Origin: a virus
Lineage: Duplodnaviria > Caudoviricetes
Reading direction: 5' to 3' (one strand)
DNA length: 56,910 bases
IMG/VR virus record: IMGVR_UViG_3300014208_000049
Coordinates: 1-56,910 of that record
Both the position numbers and the translations under genes were made by a program. The first letter of the stretch is position 1. Every line of letters begins with the position of its first letter. The notes under the pieces are model-generated. The model saw only the letters and a program-made list of their open reading frames with translations, ran no database searches and was not told where the DNA came from. Of the stretch, positions 28,736-38,615 are shown one piece after another.

Positions 28736-29677
28736 ATGAGCACACCGGAAGAGACAGTACAGGGTACGGCGGCGGACGTAGCACTCAAGGCCGAACCAGT
28801 CGTAGTCGTAACGGACGAACCGAAGAAGGCGGACGACACCCCTGCGCCGGTCGTGGACGATGCGGCGAAGGCGACCGAGGATGCGCGGCTTGCCGAAGAG
28901 GCGAAGCGGGCGGCGGAAGGTACAACACCCAAGGTCGAACCGGCCACAAGCGAGGGTGCCGAAACTCGCATCCGCAAACTGATCGCCGAGCGTGAAGAGG
29001 CCAAGCGGCAAGCGGAATACTTCCGCGGTCTGTCCGAAGGGCGCGGCCCCAAGCCTGAAGTGCCGGCCGCTCCCGCCCCGATGCGGATCGAGGATTTCCT
29101 GCCCACGGAGCAGGAGTTCGCCGCCGTCGGGCTGACGGCCGATGCGTTCGAAAAGGCGGGGCGGTCCTACGATGACCTGCTCATCGCCAAATCCGCGTTC
29201 GCGACGAGGAAAGCCAGCGCGTTGATGGCGAAGCAGACCGAAGAAGCGCGGGCCAAGGAGTCGGTCGCAAGGGCGCAATCGACCTTCATGGAGCGCGTGA
29301 ACAAGGCCGCCGAGACGGACCCCGGCATCCTGGACCTGATGGAAGACAGGACGCTCCCGGTCAGTCAGGCGATGGCCGAGGTCATTCGCGAGTCGGAAGT
29401 GGCCCCGAAGATCCTGCGGTTCATCGCGGACAACCGGGCCGAGGGCAAACGCATAGCCGGCCTGCCGCCGTTGGCCGCGGCGCGTGAGTTGGGGCGCATC
29501 GAAGCGAAGATCATGGCGACCCCGGCACCAGAGCCTCCGAAGCGCGTTTCACAGGCGCCCGAGCCGATCAAGTCGCTCACTCCGTCAGGGGTCACGGAAA
29601 TAGACCTTGACAAAGTTCCAATTGATGATTTCATGAAGAAAAGAAACGCGCAGCAGTTCGGCGCAGCAAGGAGTTGA
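28736..29677 (+). CDS. Scaffolding protein
   Basis: Between portal and coat; RIRKLIAEREEA, AARELGRIEAK, SQAPEPI. Confidence 0.8.
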   Translation: MSTPEETVQGTAADVALKAEPVVVVTDEPKKADDTPAPVVDDAAKATEDARLAEEAKRAAEGTTPKVEPATSEGAETRIRKLIAEREEAKRQAEYFRGLSEGRGPKPEVPAAPAPMRIEDFLPTEQEFAAVGLTADAFEKAGRSYDDLLIAKSAFATRKASALMAKQTEEARAKESVARAQSTFMERVNKAAETDPGILDLMEDRTLPVSQAMAEVIRESEVAPKILRFIADNRAEGKRIAGLPPLAAARELGRIEAKIMATPAPEPPKRVSQAPEPIKSLTPSGVTEIDLDKVPIDDFMKKRNAQQFGAARS

Positions 29678-29839
29678 TCGTACAGAAAGGCTTCCGTAAG
29701 CACGACGTAGGCGGGGTTCGTCGCCCGCACGGAAGCGCGAATCAGGCACGTAAAGCCTGCCTCCTGTCACATCGGGACTCAGGGACCCGGCGAGCGGATT
29801 GAGTAGTAGCAGTACACACTCGTAGAAGGAGGCAAGCAG

Positions 29840-31075
29840 ATGAGCAATACTCTCTTGACCCCGACCGCCTTGACTCGCGAGGCACTTCGGGTCCTGCATA
29901 ACAACCTCGCCTTCGCCCGCGGAGTCAACCGGCAGTACTCGAAAGAGTTTGCCGTGTCCGGCGCGAAGATCGGGTCCACCGTCAACATCCGCAAACCGAA
30001 CCGGTACTTCGTCCGTACCGGCGCCGCGATCAACGTCCAGAACACGTCCGAGGCGTACACCTCGCTCTCGCTGGACACCCAATGGGGCATCGACGTGTCG
30101 TTCTCCTCGGCCGAACTGACCCTCTCTCTCGACGATTTCTCCAAGCGCATCCTTACGCCGGCGATGGCGCGGATCGCTTCGAAGATCGACGAGGCGGGGC
30201 TGGCCCTCTACACCGACGTGTACAACATCGTCGGCACGTTCGCGACGACTCCCGGCTCGGCGTCGGGCGGCACGGGCCTCCTGAAGTACACCGTCCCCGG
30301 CATCTACCTGAACGCGGGCATGATCCTGGACCACAACTCCTGCCCCCGTGACGGAAACCGGCGCTGCATCCTCGGCCCCGCTGCGATGGCGTCCTCGGTG
30401 GACGGCCTCTCCGGCCTCTACAACCCGCAGGGGATCATCTCCAAGCAGTTCCAGAAGGGACTGATGGGGAACGCCCTCGACTTCGACTTCGCGATGGACC
30501 AGAACGTCGCGACGCACACCAACGGGACCCGGGCGGTTTCCGGCGAGATCACGGTGCAGGCGACGTGGAGTTCCGGCGCCAGTCTGTCCCTGACCGGCGG
30601 AACGGCGACCATCAAGAAGGGCGATGTCCTAACTGTCGCCGATGTCTACATGGTCAACCCCGAAAACGGCGCGTCCACCGGCGTCCTCCAGCCCTTCGTC
30701 GTTACGGCCAACGTGACGATGAGCGGCACCACGACGGTCGCGATCTCTCCGACCCCGAAGCTCGCGTCTTCGACCGTCGCCGATGGGAACATCAACCGCG
30801 TGCCGACCGCCAGCGACAAGGTGGTCTGGTTCGGCGCCACCGGCTCCCAAGGTCCGCAGAACATGGCGTACCACCAGGACGCCTTCACGCTCGGAACGGC
30901 CGACCTCGAACTGCCGAAGGGCGTGGATTTCGCGGCCCGCGAGAACTACGACGGCATCTCGATGAGGATCGTGCGGGCCTACGATGTCAATTCGGACCAA
31001 TTCCCCTGTCGAATCGATGTCCTCGGAGGCTGGAAGACTTTACGGCCTGAATTGGCGTGTAGAATCACGGGGTAG
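29840..31075 (+). CDS. P22-like major capsid protein
   Basis: MSNTLLTP..TREAL..L.NNL, KIGSTVNIRKP, CRIDVLGGWKTLRPELACR. Confidence 0.95.
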   Translation: MSNTLLTPTALTREALRVLHNNLAFARGVNRQYSKEFAVSGAKIGSTVNIRKPNRYFVRTGAAINVQNTSEAYTSLSLDTQWGIDVSFSSAELTLSLDDFSKRILTPAMARIASKIDEAGLALYTDVYNIVGTFATTPGSASGGTGLLKYTVPGIYLNAGMILDHNSCPRDGNRRCILGPAAMASSVDGLSGLYNPQGIISKQFQKGLMGNALDFDFAMDQNVATHTNGTRAVSGEITVQATWSSGASLSLTGGTATIKKGDVLTVADVYMVNPENGASTGVLQPFVVTANVTMSGTTTVAISPTPKLASSTVADGNINRVPTASDKVVWFGATGSQGPQNMAYHQDAFTLGTADLELPKGVDFAARENYDGISMRIVRAYDVNSDQFPCRIDVLGGWKTLRPELACRITG

Positions 31076-31176
31076 GACAACAATAGAACATGGCATACTT
31101 CGGCAAAAAAGAGTTGACATCCTCGCCCCTTTGTGGTGTTAATGATGATACGTCATTAACCCACAAGGAGGCCGGG

Positions 31177-31983
31177 ATGGACTATTTCTCGGACCCGAAG
31201 GTATGTTGCATTAAGGGGTGCGACAAGGAAACCGTCGCGCTCGGGATGTGCGTGAATCACTGGCGGCGGAACCGAAAACACGGATCACCGATGGGCCGTC
31301 AGACAATGCAGTGGGTCTACCGTGGTTTGTCCGATGAGGAAAAGTTCTGGGCACAGGTTCAGAAAACCGATACCTGCTGGAACTGGACTTCAGGGAAAGA
31401 TCAAGACGGCTACGGCAGTTTCAAGGGGAGGGTGGGAGATCGCGTCTACCGAAGGGCGCACAGGTTCGCGTATGCCCTCGTCCACGGGCCGATCCCCGGT
31501 GGGATGTGCGTCTGCCACAAGTGCGACAACCCGCCCTGCGTCAACCCGGAGCACTTGTTCCTCGGGACCGAGAGCGACAACATGAACGACAAAATCTCCA
31601 AGGGTCGGCATCGTGCGGCCTTCGGGGAGGATGCCGGTCGCGCCATTCTCACCGAGGAGCAGGTCCGCGCCATCCTCATCGACCCTCGTCCGCACACGGC
31701 GATCGCCGCCGACTACGGGGTGAAGGGCGCCACGATCGGGAGCATCAAGCAGCGCGTGTCGTGGTCCCATATCTCGGGCATCGAACCGGTCCACGCGGTT
31801 CGCGTCAGCGCCCACAAGGGAGTCAGCGACAAGATCACGCCTGAGATAGTGGTCGGCATCCGCGCAAGCAACGAATCGTACAGCAGACTCGCGCAGCAGT
31901 TCGGCGTGAGCATCAGCACCATCTGTGACATCCGAAAGAAACGCTCTTGGGCACACGTAACCAGCCCTCAAGAAGGAGGATAG
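31177..31983 (+). CDS. HNH homing endonuclease (HNH_3-type) with duplicated C-terminal HTH
   Basis: CWNW...GYG...AHR...VCHKCDNPPCVNPEHLFLGT..DN..D. Confidence 0.9.
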   Translation: MDYFSDPKVCCIKGCDKETVALGMCVNHWRRNRKHGSPMGRQTMQWVYRGLSDEEKFWAQVQKTDTCWNWTSGKDQDGYGSFKGRVGDRVYRRAHRFAYALVHGPIPGGMCVCHKCDNPPCVNPEHLFLGTESDNMNDKISKGRHRAAFGEDAGRAILTEEQVRAILIDPRPHTAIAADYGVKGATIGSIKQRVSWSHISGIEPVHAVRVSAHKGVSDKITPEIVVGIRASNESYSRLAQQFGVSISTICDIRKKRSWAHVTSPQEGG

Positions 31984-31987
31984 CCTC

Positions 31988-32275
31988 ATGACCGCACCGA
32001 ACAGCGAAACGGGAAGTTTGGAGCAGCAGATCGGCAACGACAACCCCGATGGAATCGTCATCGGGCAGGCCGCCGCGAGCCTCGTCGGGTTCTACGGTGC
32101 TACTCCGGTGGCGCAGACGGCCTCCACGGGTGGTGCCGCAGTCGCGACGACCGCGGCGATCTCGACGACCACGACCAAGTGGGGATTCTCCACGTCCACG
32201 CAGGCGAACGACCTCGTGACGATGGTGAACGATCTCTACAGCAAACTCGTGAGCCTCGGAATCCTGTCGGCGTAG
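31988..32275 (+). CDS. Putative minor capsid/decoration protein
   Basis: NPDGIVIGQ...VGFYGATPVAQ; follows the coat gene. Confidence 0.55.
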   Translation: MTAPNSETGSLEQQIGNDNPDGIVIGQAAASLVGFYGATPVAQTASTGGAAVATTAAISTTTTKWGFSTSTQANDLVTMVNDLYSKLVSLGILSA

Positions 32276-32344
32276 GCCGGCAACGGAAGAACAAAACCAA
32301 CGCGGGAGGGGCCGGACGCGGCCCCTCCCCTTCATGGAGGCAGA

Positions 32345-33061
32345 TTGAAGATCGTCATCGCGACCCCGTTTTACGAGATGAAAGGATTTTCCCCGTACAT
32401 TTCCAGTCTTGCGAAAACGCTTTCCCTGCTTCACAAGCTCGGCATCGAATGCGACTATTGGGACCTGTCGGGAGATTCCTACGTGGACCGTGCGCGGAAC
32501 ACCATAGCGAACGAGTTCATGAAGACGGACGCGACGCACCTGATATTCATAGATTCGGACATGGCGTGGGACCTCGATGGATTTGGGAATCTCCTTCAGG
32601 CGGACGTGGACATTGTGGGGGCCGGATACCCCTGCAAGAACCAATGGGACTTCTACTCGTGCATCCTGAACGTGAACGACGACGAACTGAAGACCCCGAA
32701 GGTAGACCCGAAGACGGGCCTCATCAGCGCATGGGGCGTTCCGACGGGGTTCATGAAAATCCGGCGAGAAGTGTTCCTGAAGTTGGCTGAGAAAATGCCG
32801 GACAACAAGTACGAATGCAGCAAGGACGAGGACGGAAAGGAGTCGTACCACTATAACTTCTTCGGCAGGATCCCTCCGATGGGCGAGGACATCTCGTTCT
32901 GTCGGCGGTGGGTTTCGATCGGCGGAGAATTGTGGGTAGAGCCGAGGGTGACGATCACTCATTTTGGCGTTAAGGGGTGGGAGGGCAATTACCACGAGTT
33001 CCTGTTGTCGTGTCCTGGCGGGAGCAATGATCCGCTGAGGAAGGTGGCCGTTCCGGCGTGA
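32345..33061 (+). CDS. GT-A fold glycosyltransferase
   Basis: IATP, SYVDRARN, FIDSD (DxD), TGFMKIRR, GEDISFC. Confidence 0.8.
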   Translation: MKIVIATPFYEMKGFSPYISSLAKTLSLLHKLGIECDYWDLSGDSYVDRARNTIANEFMKTDATHLIFIDSDMAWDLDGFGNLLQADVDIVGAGYPCKNQWDFYSCILNVNDDELKTPKVDPKTGLISAWGVPTGFMKIRREVFLKLAEKMPDNKYECSKDEDGKESYHYNFFGRIPPMGEDISFCRRWVSIGGELWVEPRVTITHFGVKGWEGNYHEFLLSCPGGSNDPLRKVAVPA

Positions 33062-33570
33062 AGGATTGCTACAAAGACATCTTCGGGTGGTTCCCGGAGA
33101 GTAACGCGCAATACCTTGAGGACCTGATGGCGAGTCTGAACGCGAAATCGGTGATCGAGATCGGGAGCTTCCTCGGGAAGTCCACGACGTTCTTTGCGGC
33201 CAGGGTTGATCGCGTAACGGCGATAGACACCTTCAAGGGGAACGACGAGCACTACATGGGTACGGTGAAGTCCCTGATGCCGAATCTGTACGATGAGTAC
33301 CGAAGGAACACGGGCAAATTCGGAAATATCACTACGTTGGTAATGCCGTCCTTGGATGCCGCGAAATTGAACTTGGAGGCCGACCTGATCTACTTGGACG
33401 GGTCGCATAAGTACGGCGACGTGAAGGCCGACATTGAGGCATGGAGGGGGCGCGGGTTCCTTTGCGGCGATGATTTTCACTTTCCCGAGGTTCAGATCGC
33501 GGTAGAGCGGTTGATCCCCGGATATCACACCGATGGGAGGATGTGGAGTGAACCCCGCCCTCGCGCTTGA
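33058..33570 (+). CDS. Class I SAM methyltransferase (Methyltransf_24-like)
   Basis: IEIGSFLGKST, DLIYLDGSHKY, GDDF. Confidence 0.85.
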   Translation: MKDCYKDIFGWFPESNAQYLEDLMASLNAKSVIEIGSFLGKSTTFFAARVDRVTAIDTFKGNDEHYMGTVKSLMPNLYDEYRRNTGKFGNITTLVMPSLDAAKLNLEADLIYLDGSHKYGDVKADIEAWRGRGFLCGDDFHFPEVQIAVERLIPGYHTDGRMWSEPRPRA

Positions 33571-34057
33571 GGTCCTGTCGGAAGGGACAAAGTTGCTCGC
33601 CGACACTAATTGGTGGGTGTCTGCCGGCACAGCTCTCGGCGCCTACCGGGACGCCTTGAGCGACGAATTCTTGGCAAGGGACACGGACCTTGACGTGGAG
33701 GTCGAAGGGTACATCGACCTGAAGCCGATATTCATGGACAGCGGATTCAAGGTACACACGGAAGCGTCCGTTGGTCCCGTGAAGTGCCAACTAGCGCTTG
33801 TGAAGAATGGGATTATCTTCGACATCTATTTCTACACTCGCGGAGTAAGCGATTTCGTGAATTTCAGCGAGTTCGGGGCGGTGGTGGTTCCATCGCACCT
33901 GATCGACAACGCCAAAATCGTCAATGTCCGAGGCATCGACCTGCGCTTTCCGTCTCCGCCGGAGGAATATCTTGCGACTCGGTACGGGAAGGATTGGGCC
34001 ATCCCGCAACCGAAAAAGAATTGGTGGGAGCAAGCCGCCAACATGGTGCGACCATGA
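33548..34057 (+). CDS. LicD/fukutin-family phosphotransferase
   Basis: GTALGAYRD...DTDLDV...EEYLATRYGKDWAIP. Confidence 0.85.
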   Translation: MNPALALEVLSEGTKLLADTNWWVSAGTALGAYRDALSDEFLARDTDLDVEVEGYIDLKPIFMDSGFKVHTEASVGPVKCQLALVKNGIIFDIYFYTRGVSDFVNFSEFGAVVVPSHLIDNAKIVNVRGIDLRFPSPPEEYLATRYGKDWAIPQPKKNWWEQAANMVRP

Positions 34058-34434
34058 AGATCGGATTCACGGTCGGCGTATGGGACCTGCTCCATGAGGG
34101 GCATCGGATCTTCATGGGGAAGTGCCGCGGGGAATGCGACTATCTCGTCGTCGGCGTGATGACGGATTATTGGGTGAGGGTCCAGAAGGGACACGATCGG
34201 CCGAAAGAATCTCTCCAGAAGCGGATGGAAAACGTCAGGCCGTTCGCGGACAGAGTGATCGCAATCAACACCCTGAACATGAGGCACTACCTACAAATGT
34301 CGGATGTCTGGATCAAGTCCGTTGAGCAGAAGAATATGCTTCCCGAGGAGTGGCCGAATACGGTATGGTTGCCAAGAACTCCGGGTGTTTCAACGACGGA
34401 GATAATCGAAAGAAAAGAGGAGGCATCACAATGA
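34054..34434 (+). CDS. Cytidylyltransferase (TagD-like)
   Basis: FTVGVWDLLHEGH (HxGH), LVVGV, RTPGVSTT. Confidence 0.85.
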   Translation: MKIGFTVGVWDLLHEGHRIFMGKCRGECDYLVVGVMTDYWVRVQKGHDRPKESLQKRMENVRPFADRVIAINTLNMRHYLQMSDVWIKSVEQKNMLPEEWPNTVWLPRTPGVSTTEIIERKEEASQ

Positions 34435-34828
34435 AGGGATCAAGCAAGGCGGGTTCGTTGGGCGGTGCGAAGATCAAGCCGGTTACGGGGAAAGAGGGCA
34501 TCAAGAGCGGCGGAGCGAACGTCCCGAACACGAAGCCGGCCTTCGCCGAGCATGGGTTCGCCCCTTCGGCGAAGACGAACGTGCCGTGCAGCGGGGGCAA
34601 GGGCACCGGCGGGAAGTTGTAACGCCATGCCCAAGGGAACGAAGGTCGAAGAGATGTACGATGCCATGAAGGCCGAGGGCATGGACAAGGGGAAGGCGGC
34701 GCGGATCGCGCAGTCGAAAACCGGCTTGGCTCTCGCGACGGGCAAGCCGCCGAAATCTAAGGTTAAGAAACCCGAACCGATCAAGGCGTTCATGACGCGA
34801 AGAAATAAAAAAGAGGGGAAGAAATAAC

Positions 34829-35317
34829 ATGGCCGACGAGTCGGGTTTCCCGAGGAAGATGTACAACGACGTGCATGACGTGATCGAAGTGGACTGCCAG
34901 GAGACGCTGGACCTGGCGCTCTCCCGCGGGTGGAAGCTCGTCCCGCCGGCACTCAACACGATCCCGAAGTTGAAGGAGAAGATCGCCGAGGTCGAGAAGG
35001 AACTGAAGGAGTTGAAGCAGAACCTCGCGGCGAAGATCCACGAAACCGAAGTCGCCATGCAGGCCGAGAAGATCCTCGAAAAGATGCAGGCCGAGAAATC
35101 CGCCAAGGAAGCCGAGGCGAAGAAGTTGGCCGAGGATCAGGCGGCACAGGCGGAACTCGACGCCGAGGAGAAGGCCAAGGCCGATGCGAAGAAGTTGGCC
35201 GAGGCGCAGGTCGCCGTGGAGGAGGGGGAATCCGCGCCCGAACCTACCGCGGCGGGAACGAAGTCGGCGCCATTTTCGGCATCAAGGATCGCCGACCACC
35301 TGAAGGGGAAGAAGTAA
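34829..35317 (+). CDS. Hypothetical coiled-coil protein
   Basis: FPRKMY...GW N-terminus, then Ala/Glu/Lys coil; upstream of the head-tail adaptor. Confidence 0.7.
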   Translation: MADESGFPRKMYNDVHDVIEVDCQETLDLALSRGWKLVPPALNTIPKLKEKIAEVEKELKELKQNLAAKIHETEVAMQAEKILEKMQAEKSAKEAEAKKLAEDQAAQAELDAEEKAKADAKKLAEAQVAVEEGESAPEPTAAGTKSAPFSASRIADHLKGKK

Positions 35318-35323
35318 CCGGCC

Positions 35324-36058
35324 ATGACCTTCACCGTCTACGACATCATCCGACTCGCGCTTCTGGACATCGGGGCGATCGCCAAGTCCGAGGCGTTGGA
35401 TGCCGACGAGTCGGCCGACGCCCTGAAGATCCTGAACATGCTCTTGGATGAGTGGTCCGCAGAAAGCACGATGGTGGTCGGGACGGTCATGGAGAGCCAG
35501 GTCCTCACGGCGAGCGATGGCACCTACACGATCGGAGCGTCCGGGGCGGACATTACATCGTCCAAACCGACCGCGATCACCGAGGCGTTCGTTCGGGACT
35601 CTGACAATAATGATTCCGTTGTGCGCGTAGTGACCTTGGGCGAGTGGAACTCCTACGGCGACAAGACCGGCACGGGGCGTCCTGAGTCGCTTTACTACGA
35701 TCCGGGGGCGACACAGCAGGCGGCGCACAAGGGAACGATCAATCTCTACCCTCTGCCCGACAGTTCGACCACGTACACGCTCTTCTTTGGTGGTCAGAAG
35801 CCCCTAACGGAGTTCTCGGCGGTCGCCAATGCGGTCACGCTCGCTCCGGCGTACCTGAGGGCATTACGGCTGAATTTGGCGGTGGATCTGTGGCCGGGGT
35901 ACTTCTCCGAGAAGGGCGCCCCGGTGCCGGATGCCATAAAGCGCGAGGCGCAGCGGGCGCGGGCCGTGATCGAGGCGATGAATTCCAAGCAGGTGATCTG
36001 CGGCATGGAGATACCCGGTCAAACTGGCGGTGGCTTCAACATCAACACGGGGGATTAA
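35324..36058 (+). CDS. P22 gp4-like head-tail adaptor
   Basis: DIIRLAL..IG....E.L...E..DAL..LNMLLDEW; GRPESLYY; LRLNLAV. Confidence 0.8.
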   Translation: MTFTVYDIIRLALLDIGAIAKSEALDADESADALKILNMLLDEWSAESTMVVGTVMESQVLTASDGTYTIGASGADITSSKPTAITEAFVRDSDNNDSVVRVVTLGEWNSYGDKTGTGRPESLYYDPGATQQAAHKGTINLYPLPDSSTTYTLFFGGQKPLTEFSAVANAVTLAPAYLRALRLNLAVDLWPGYFSEKGAPVPDAIKREAQRARAVIEAMNSKQVICGMEIPGQTGGGFNINTGD

Positions 36059-36061
36059 ACG

Positions 36062-37528
36062 GTGAAAATCCCGTTCGTCGGTGGCACTTACAACGCGGTA
36101 TCCGGTGCCATCGACGCCTCCCGTGCCATCAATTTTTACCCCGAAGTCTCCCAAGAAGATTCCAAGAGCGTCGTTTCCGTGATCGGGACCCCAGGGACGG
36201 CGCTTTGGGCCACGGTCGGGTCGGGTGTGATCCGCGGTCAGCACATTTTCAATTCCGTCATGTTCGTCGTGTCGGGAAACAAGTTGTATTCCGTGACGAC
36301 GGCGGGAGTAAGTACCGAATTGGGTACGCTTCAAACCTCGACCGGACCTGTTTCCATGAAAAACAACGGGTTAGCGTCGGCCGGCATCGGCGGGAATCAA
36401 CTGATCGTGGTAGACGGGACCGCCGGATACCTGTACAACGTGGCTACATCGGCGTTTTCGACCATTTCCGGGGGTGGATTTCCCGCCAATCCGGTCATGG
36501 CGGCGTACATGGACGGGTACTTCATCGTGTTCGGGTCGGGGAAAATGGCCTATGCTGTCAGCAACTTGTACGATGGTTCCACGTGGAACGCTCTCGCGAC
36601 GGCTTCGATCATCGCCTCGCCTGACGCCATCGTTTCGGTGATCTCCGCGCACAATCAGTTGTGGTTCCTGAAGAGTGAGACATCGGAAGTCTGGTACAAC
36701 GCAGGGACTCCGACCTCCCAGGGGTCGCCGTTCTCCCGAATCGCCGGTTCCGTGATCGAATTCGGCAACGCCGCCGCCTTCTCGGTGGCCCACGGCGCCG
36801 GGGCGGTATTCTTCCTCGGGAGCATCCGCGAAAATCAGGGGAGCAAGTTCGTCGGTGTCGTGAAATTGGCGGGTAACGTGCCGCAGGTCATATCCCCGCC
36901 GGCAATCAACTACCAGATCGGTCAATTTGCGACGATTTCGGACGCGATCGCGTACATGTACTCGGATTCCGGTCATCAGTTCTACGTCCTCACGTTCCCG
37001 ACCGCGAACGCGACCATCGTGTACGACGCGACGACGAATTTCTGGCACGAGCGGTCCACGTACATCGGTGGAGCGTCATCGGTGCGCCGGCACACGGGGA
37101 ACTGCTACGCATATTTCGCCGGAAAGCACCTGGTCGGCGACTATCGGGCGAACGGGAAGATTTACGAGATGTCCGCGGCGACCTACGACGACGCCGGGTA
37201 TGCGCTCACGTCAATCCGGCAGGCGCAGCACTTCGCCGACAAGAACGATGGCCGGCTGCTGTCGTATCACCGCCTGCATATTGACATCGAATCCGGTGTC
37301 GGGACGCAAACGGGGCAGGGACTCGATCCGCAGGCGGGCCTTTCGTGGTCGGACGACGGTGCGAAAACGTGGTCGAACGAATACTACAAGTCGATGGGCA
37401 AGATCGGTGAGTACAAGAAGCGGATGTCGTGGAAACGCCTCGGGGCGTCCCGCGATCGCATCTTCAAACTCACGATTTCCGACCCGGTAAAGCGCGTGAT
37501 CGTCGGCGCGTTCGCGGACATCACATGA
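36062..37528 (+). CDS. P22 gp10-like tail hub (packaged DNA stabilization protein)
   Basis: INFYPE, GTPG, MDGYF, SPDAIV, SEVWYN, WSDDG.KTWS. Confidence 0.9.
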   Translation: MKIPFVGGTYNAVSGAIDASRAINFYPEVSQEDSKSVVSVIGTPGTALWATVGSGVIRGQHIFNSVMFVVSGNKLYSVTTAGVSTELGTLQTSTGPVSMKNNGLASAGIGGNQLIVVDGTAGYLYNVATSAFSTISGGGFPANPVMAAYMDGYFIVFGSGKMAYAVSNLYDGSTWNALATASIIASPDAIVSVISAHNQLWFLKSETSEVWYNAGTPTSQGSPFSRIAGSVIEFGNAAAFSVAHGAGAVFFLGSIRENQGSKFVGVVKLAGNVPQVISPPAINYQIGQFATISDAIAYMYSDSGHQFYVLTFPTANATIVYDATTNFWHERSTYIGGASSVRRHTGNCYAYFAGKHLVGDYRANGKIYEMSAATYDDAGYALTSIRQAQHFADKNDGRLLSYHRLHIDIESGVGTQTGQGLDPQAGLSWSDDGAKTWSNEYYKSMGKIGEYKKRMSWKRLGASRDRIFKLTISDPVKRVIVGAFADIT

Positions 37529-38205
37529 GGACCCCGGCCCCCATCAGGACGCCGATCGGAACGGCCGGCCCGAACGGGGTAATCGTCGTTTCCCCGGCGT
37601 GGCAGGAGTGGTTCCAGCGGTTGTCGGATTACTACGAAACCGTGTCGAAACTGATCGACCCAGGCGCGTCCAACTTCGGCCAGTCGGCCCCGGATAATCC
37701 TTCGGAAGGGTTGCTCGCCTACGCAGACGGGGTGAATTGGGACCCAGGGGGTTCGTCATCGGGCGCGGGCATCTACTTCTACACGAGCGGGGCGTGGCAA
37801 CTGTTCGACATTGGCGGAGCGTTGCTGTTCGCTCCGATCGCCAAGGGCGTGACGAACGGCGATTCCCACGACCACAGCGGCGGCGATGGAGCACAAGTAG
37901 ACCACGTGAACCTCGCCAGCAAGGGGACCAATACCCACGCGCAGGTAGACACACATCTTGGGGCCGCGGCGCCGCACTCAGGGCATGAAGTCACCACGGC
38001 AAAGGACGCCGCCTCAGGGTACGCAGGACTCTCAGCAGCAAGTCGGACCACGAAGGGCGTGGACACCACCGACGACCTGATCGTGGACCTTGCGACGAAG
38101 GGGTTGGTGCTCAAGGATACGCAGGGGACGCCGCATTACTGGCGTGGAACGATATCAACCCTTGGCGTTCTTACGTTCGCGGATCTCGGTACATCGAAGC
38201 CATAA
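37525..38205 (+). CDS. Tail needle/fibre-like structural protein
   Basis: gp26 position; SPAWQEWF, YADGVNWDPG and GYAGL motifs. Confidence 0.55.
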   Translation: MRTPAPIRTPIGTAGPNGVIVVSPAWQEWFQRLSDYYETVSKLIDPGASNFGQSAPDNPSEGLLAYADGVNWDPGGSSSGAGIYFYTSGAWQLFDIGGALLFAPIAKGVTNGDSHDHSGGDGAQVDHVNLASKGTNTHAQVDTHLGAAAPHSGHEVTTAKDAASGYAGLSAASRTTKGVDTTDDLIVDLATKGLVLKDTQGTPHYWRGTISTLGVLTFADLGTSKP

Positions 38206-38216
38206 GGAGGCACGAA

Positions 38217-38612
38217 ATGAAGCGATCTATCTGGTTGATCTTGGCTCTTGCTCTGATGGTGATTCCGATCTGCGCCTACGCAGGGCCGGATGTGTTCTCG
38301 GTCATGGGAGAATCCGAATCGAAGGATTACACCTTCGCGGCCGATGCCGCTGTCACGGTTCAAGCGGCGTTCGTGGCCGGCGGGGGAACGTGGCTGAAAA
38401 ACACCTCCCCCCCGAAAGCCGTCACCTTGCAACCCGAGACATACGGGATCCGAATCGGGTTCCAGCAGACGCCCTCCGTGGACAATGTTGGTACGGTGAT
38501 AACGGCAGGTTCTACCGGGCGGTGGGCCGGGGTGGACACGGTGGGGAATGCCTCGATCTGCAATTCGACGGCGGGCAGCAACGCCAAGGTCCACATCATC
38601 GTGGAGCGATAG
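38217..38612 (+). CDS. Hypothetical protein with signal peptide
   Basis: MKRSIWLILALALMVIPICAYA n/h/c regions with AYA cleavage site. Confidence 0.7.
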   Translation: MKRSIWLILALALMVIPICAYAGPDVFSVMGESESKDYTFAADAAVTVQAAFVAGGGTWLKNTSPPKAVTLQPETYGIRIGFQQTPSVDNVGTVITAGSTGRWAGVDTVGNASICNSTAGSNAKVHIIVER

Positions 38613-38615
38613 AGG

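Noticed and set aside
29695-29704. CGTAAGCACG in the coat leader is complementary to the HNH-leader core (possible trans target)
   Set aside because: Only 10 nt; a few such matches are expected by chance for a 43-nt query in a genome this size
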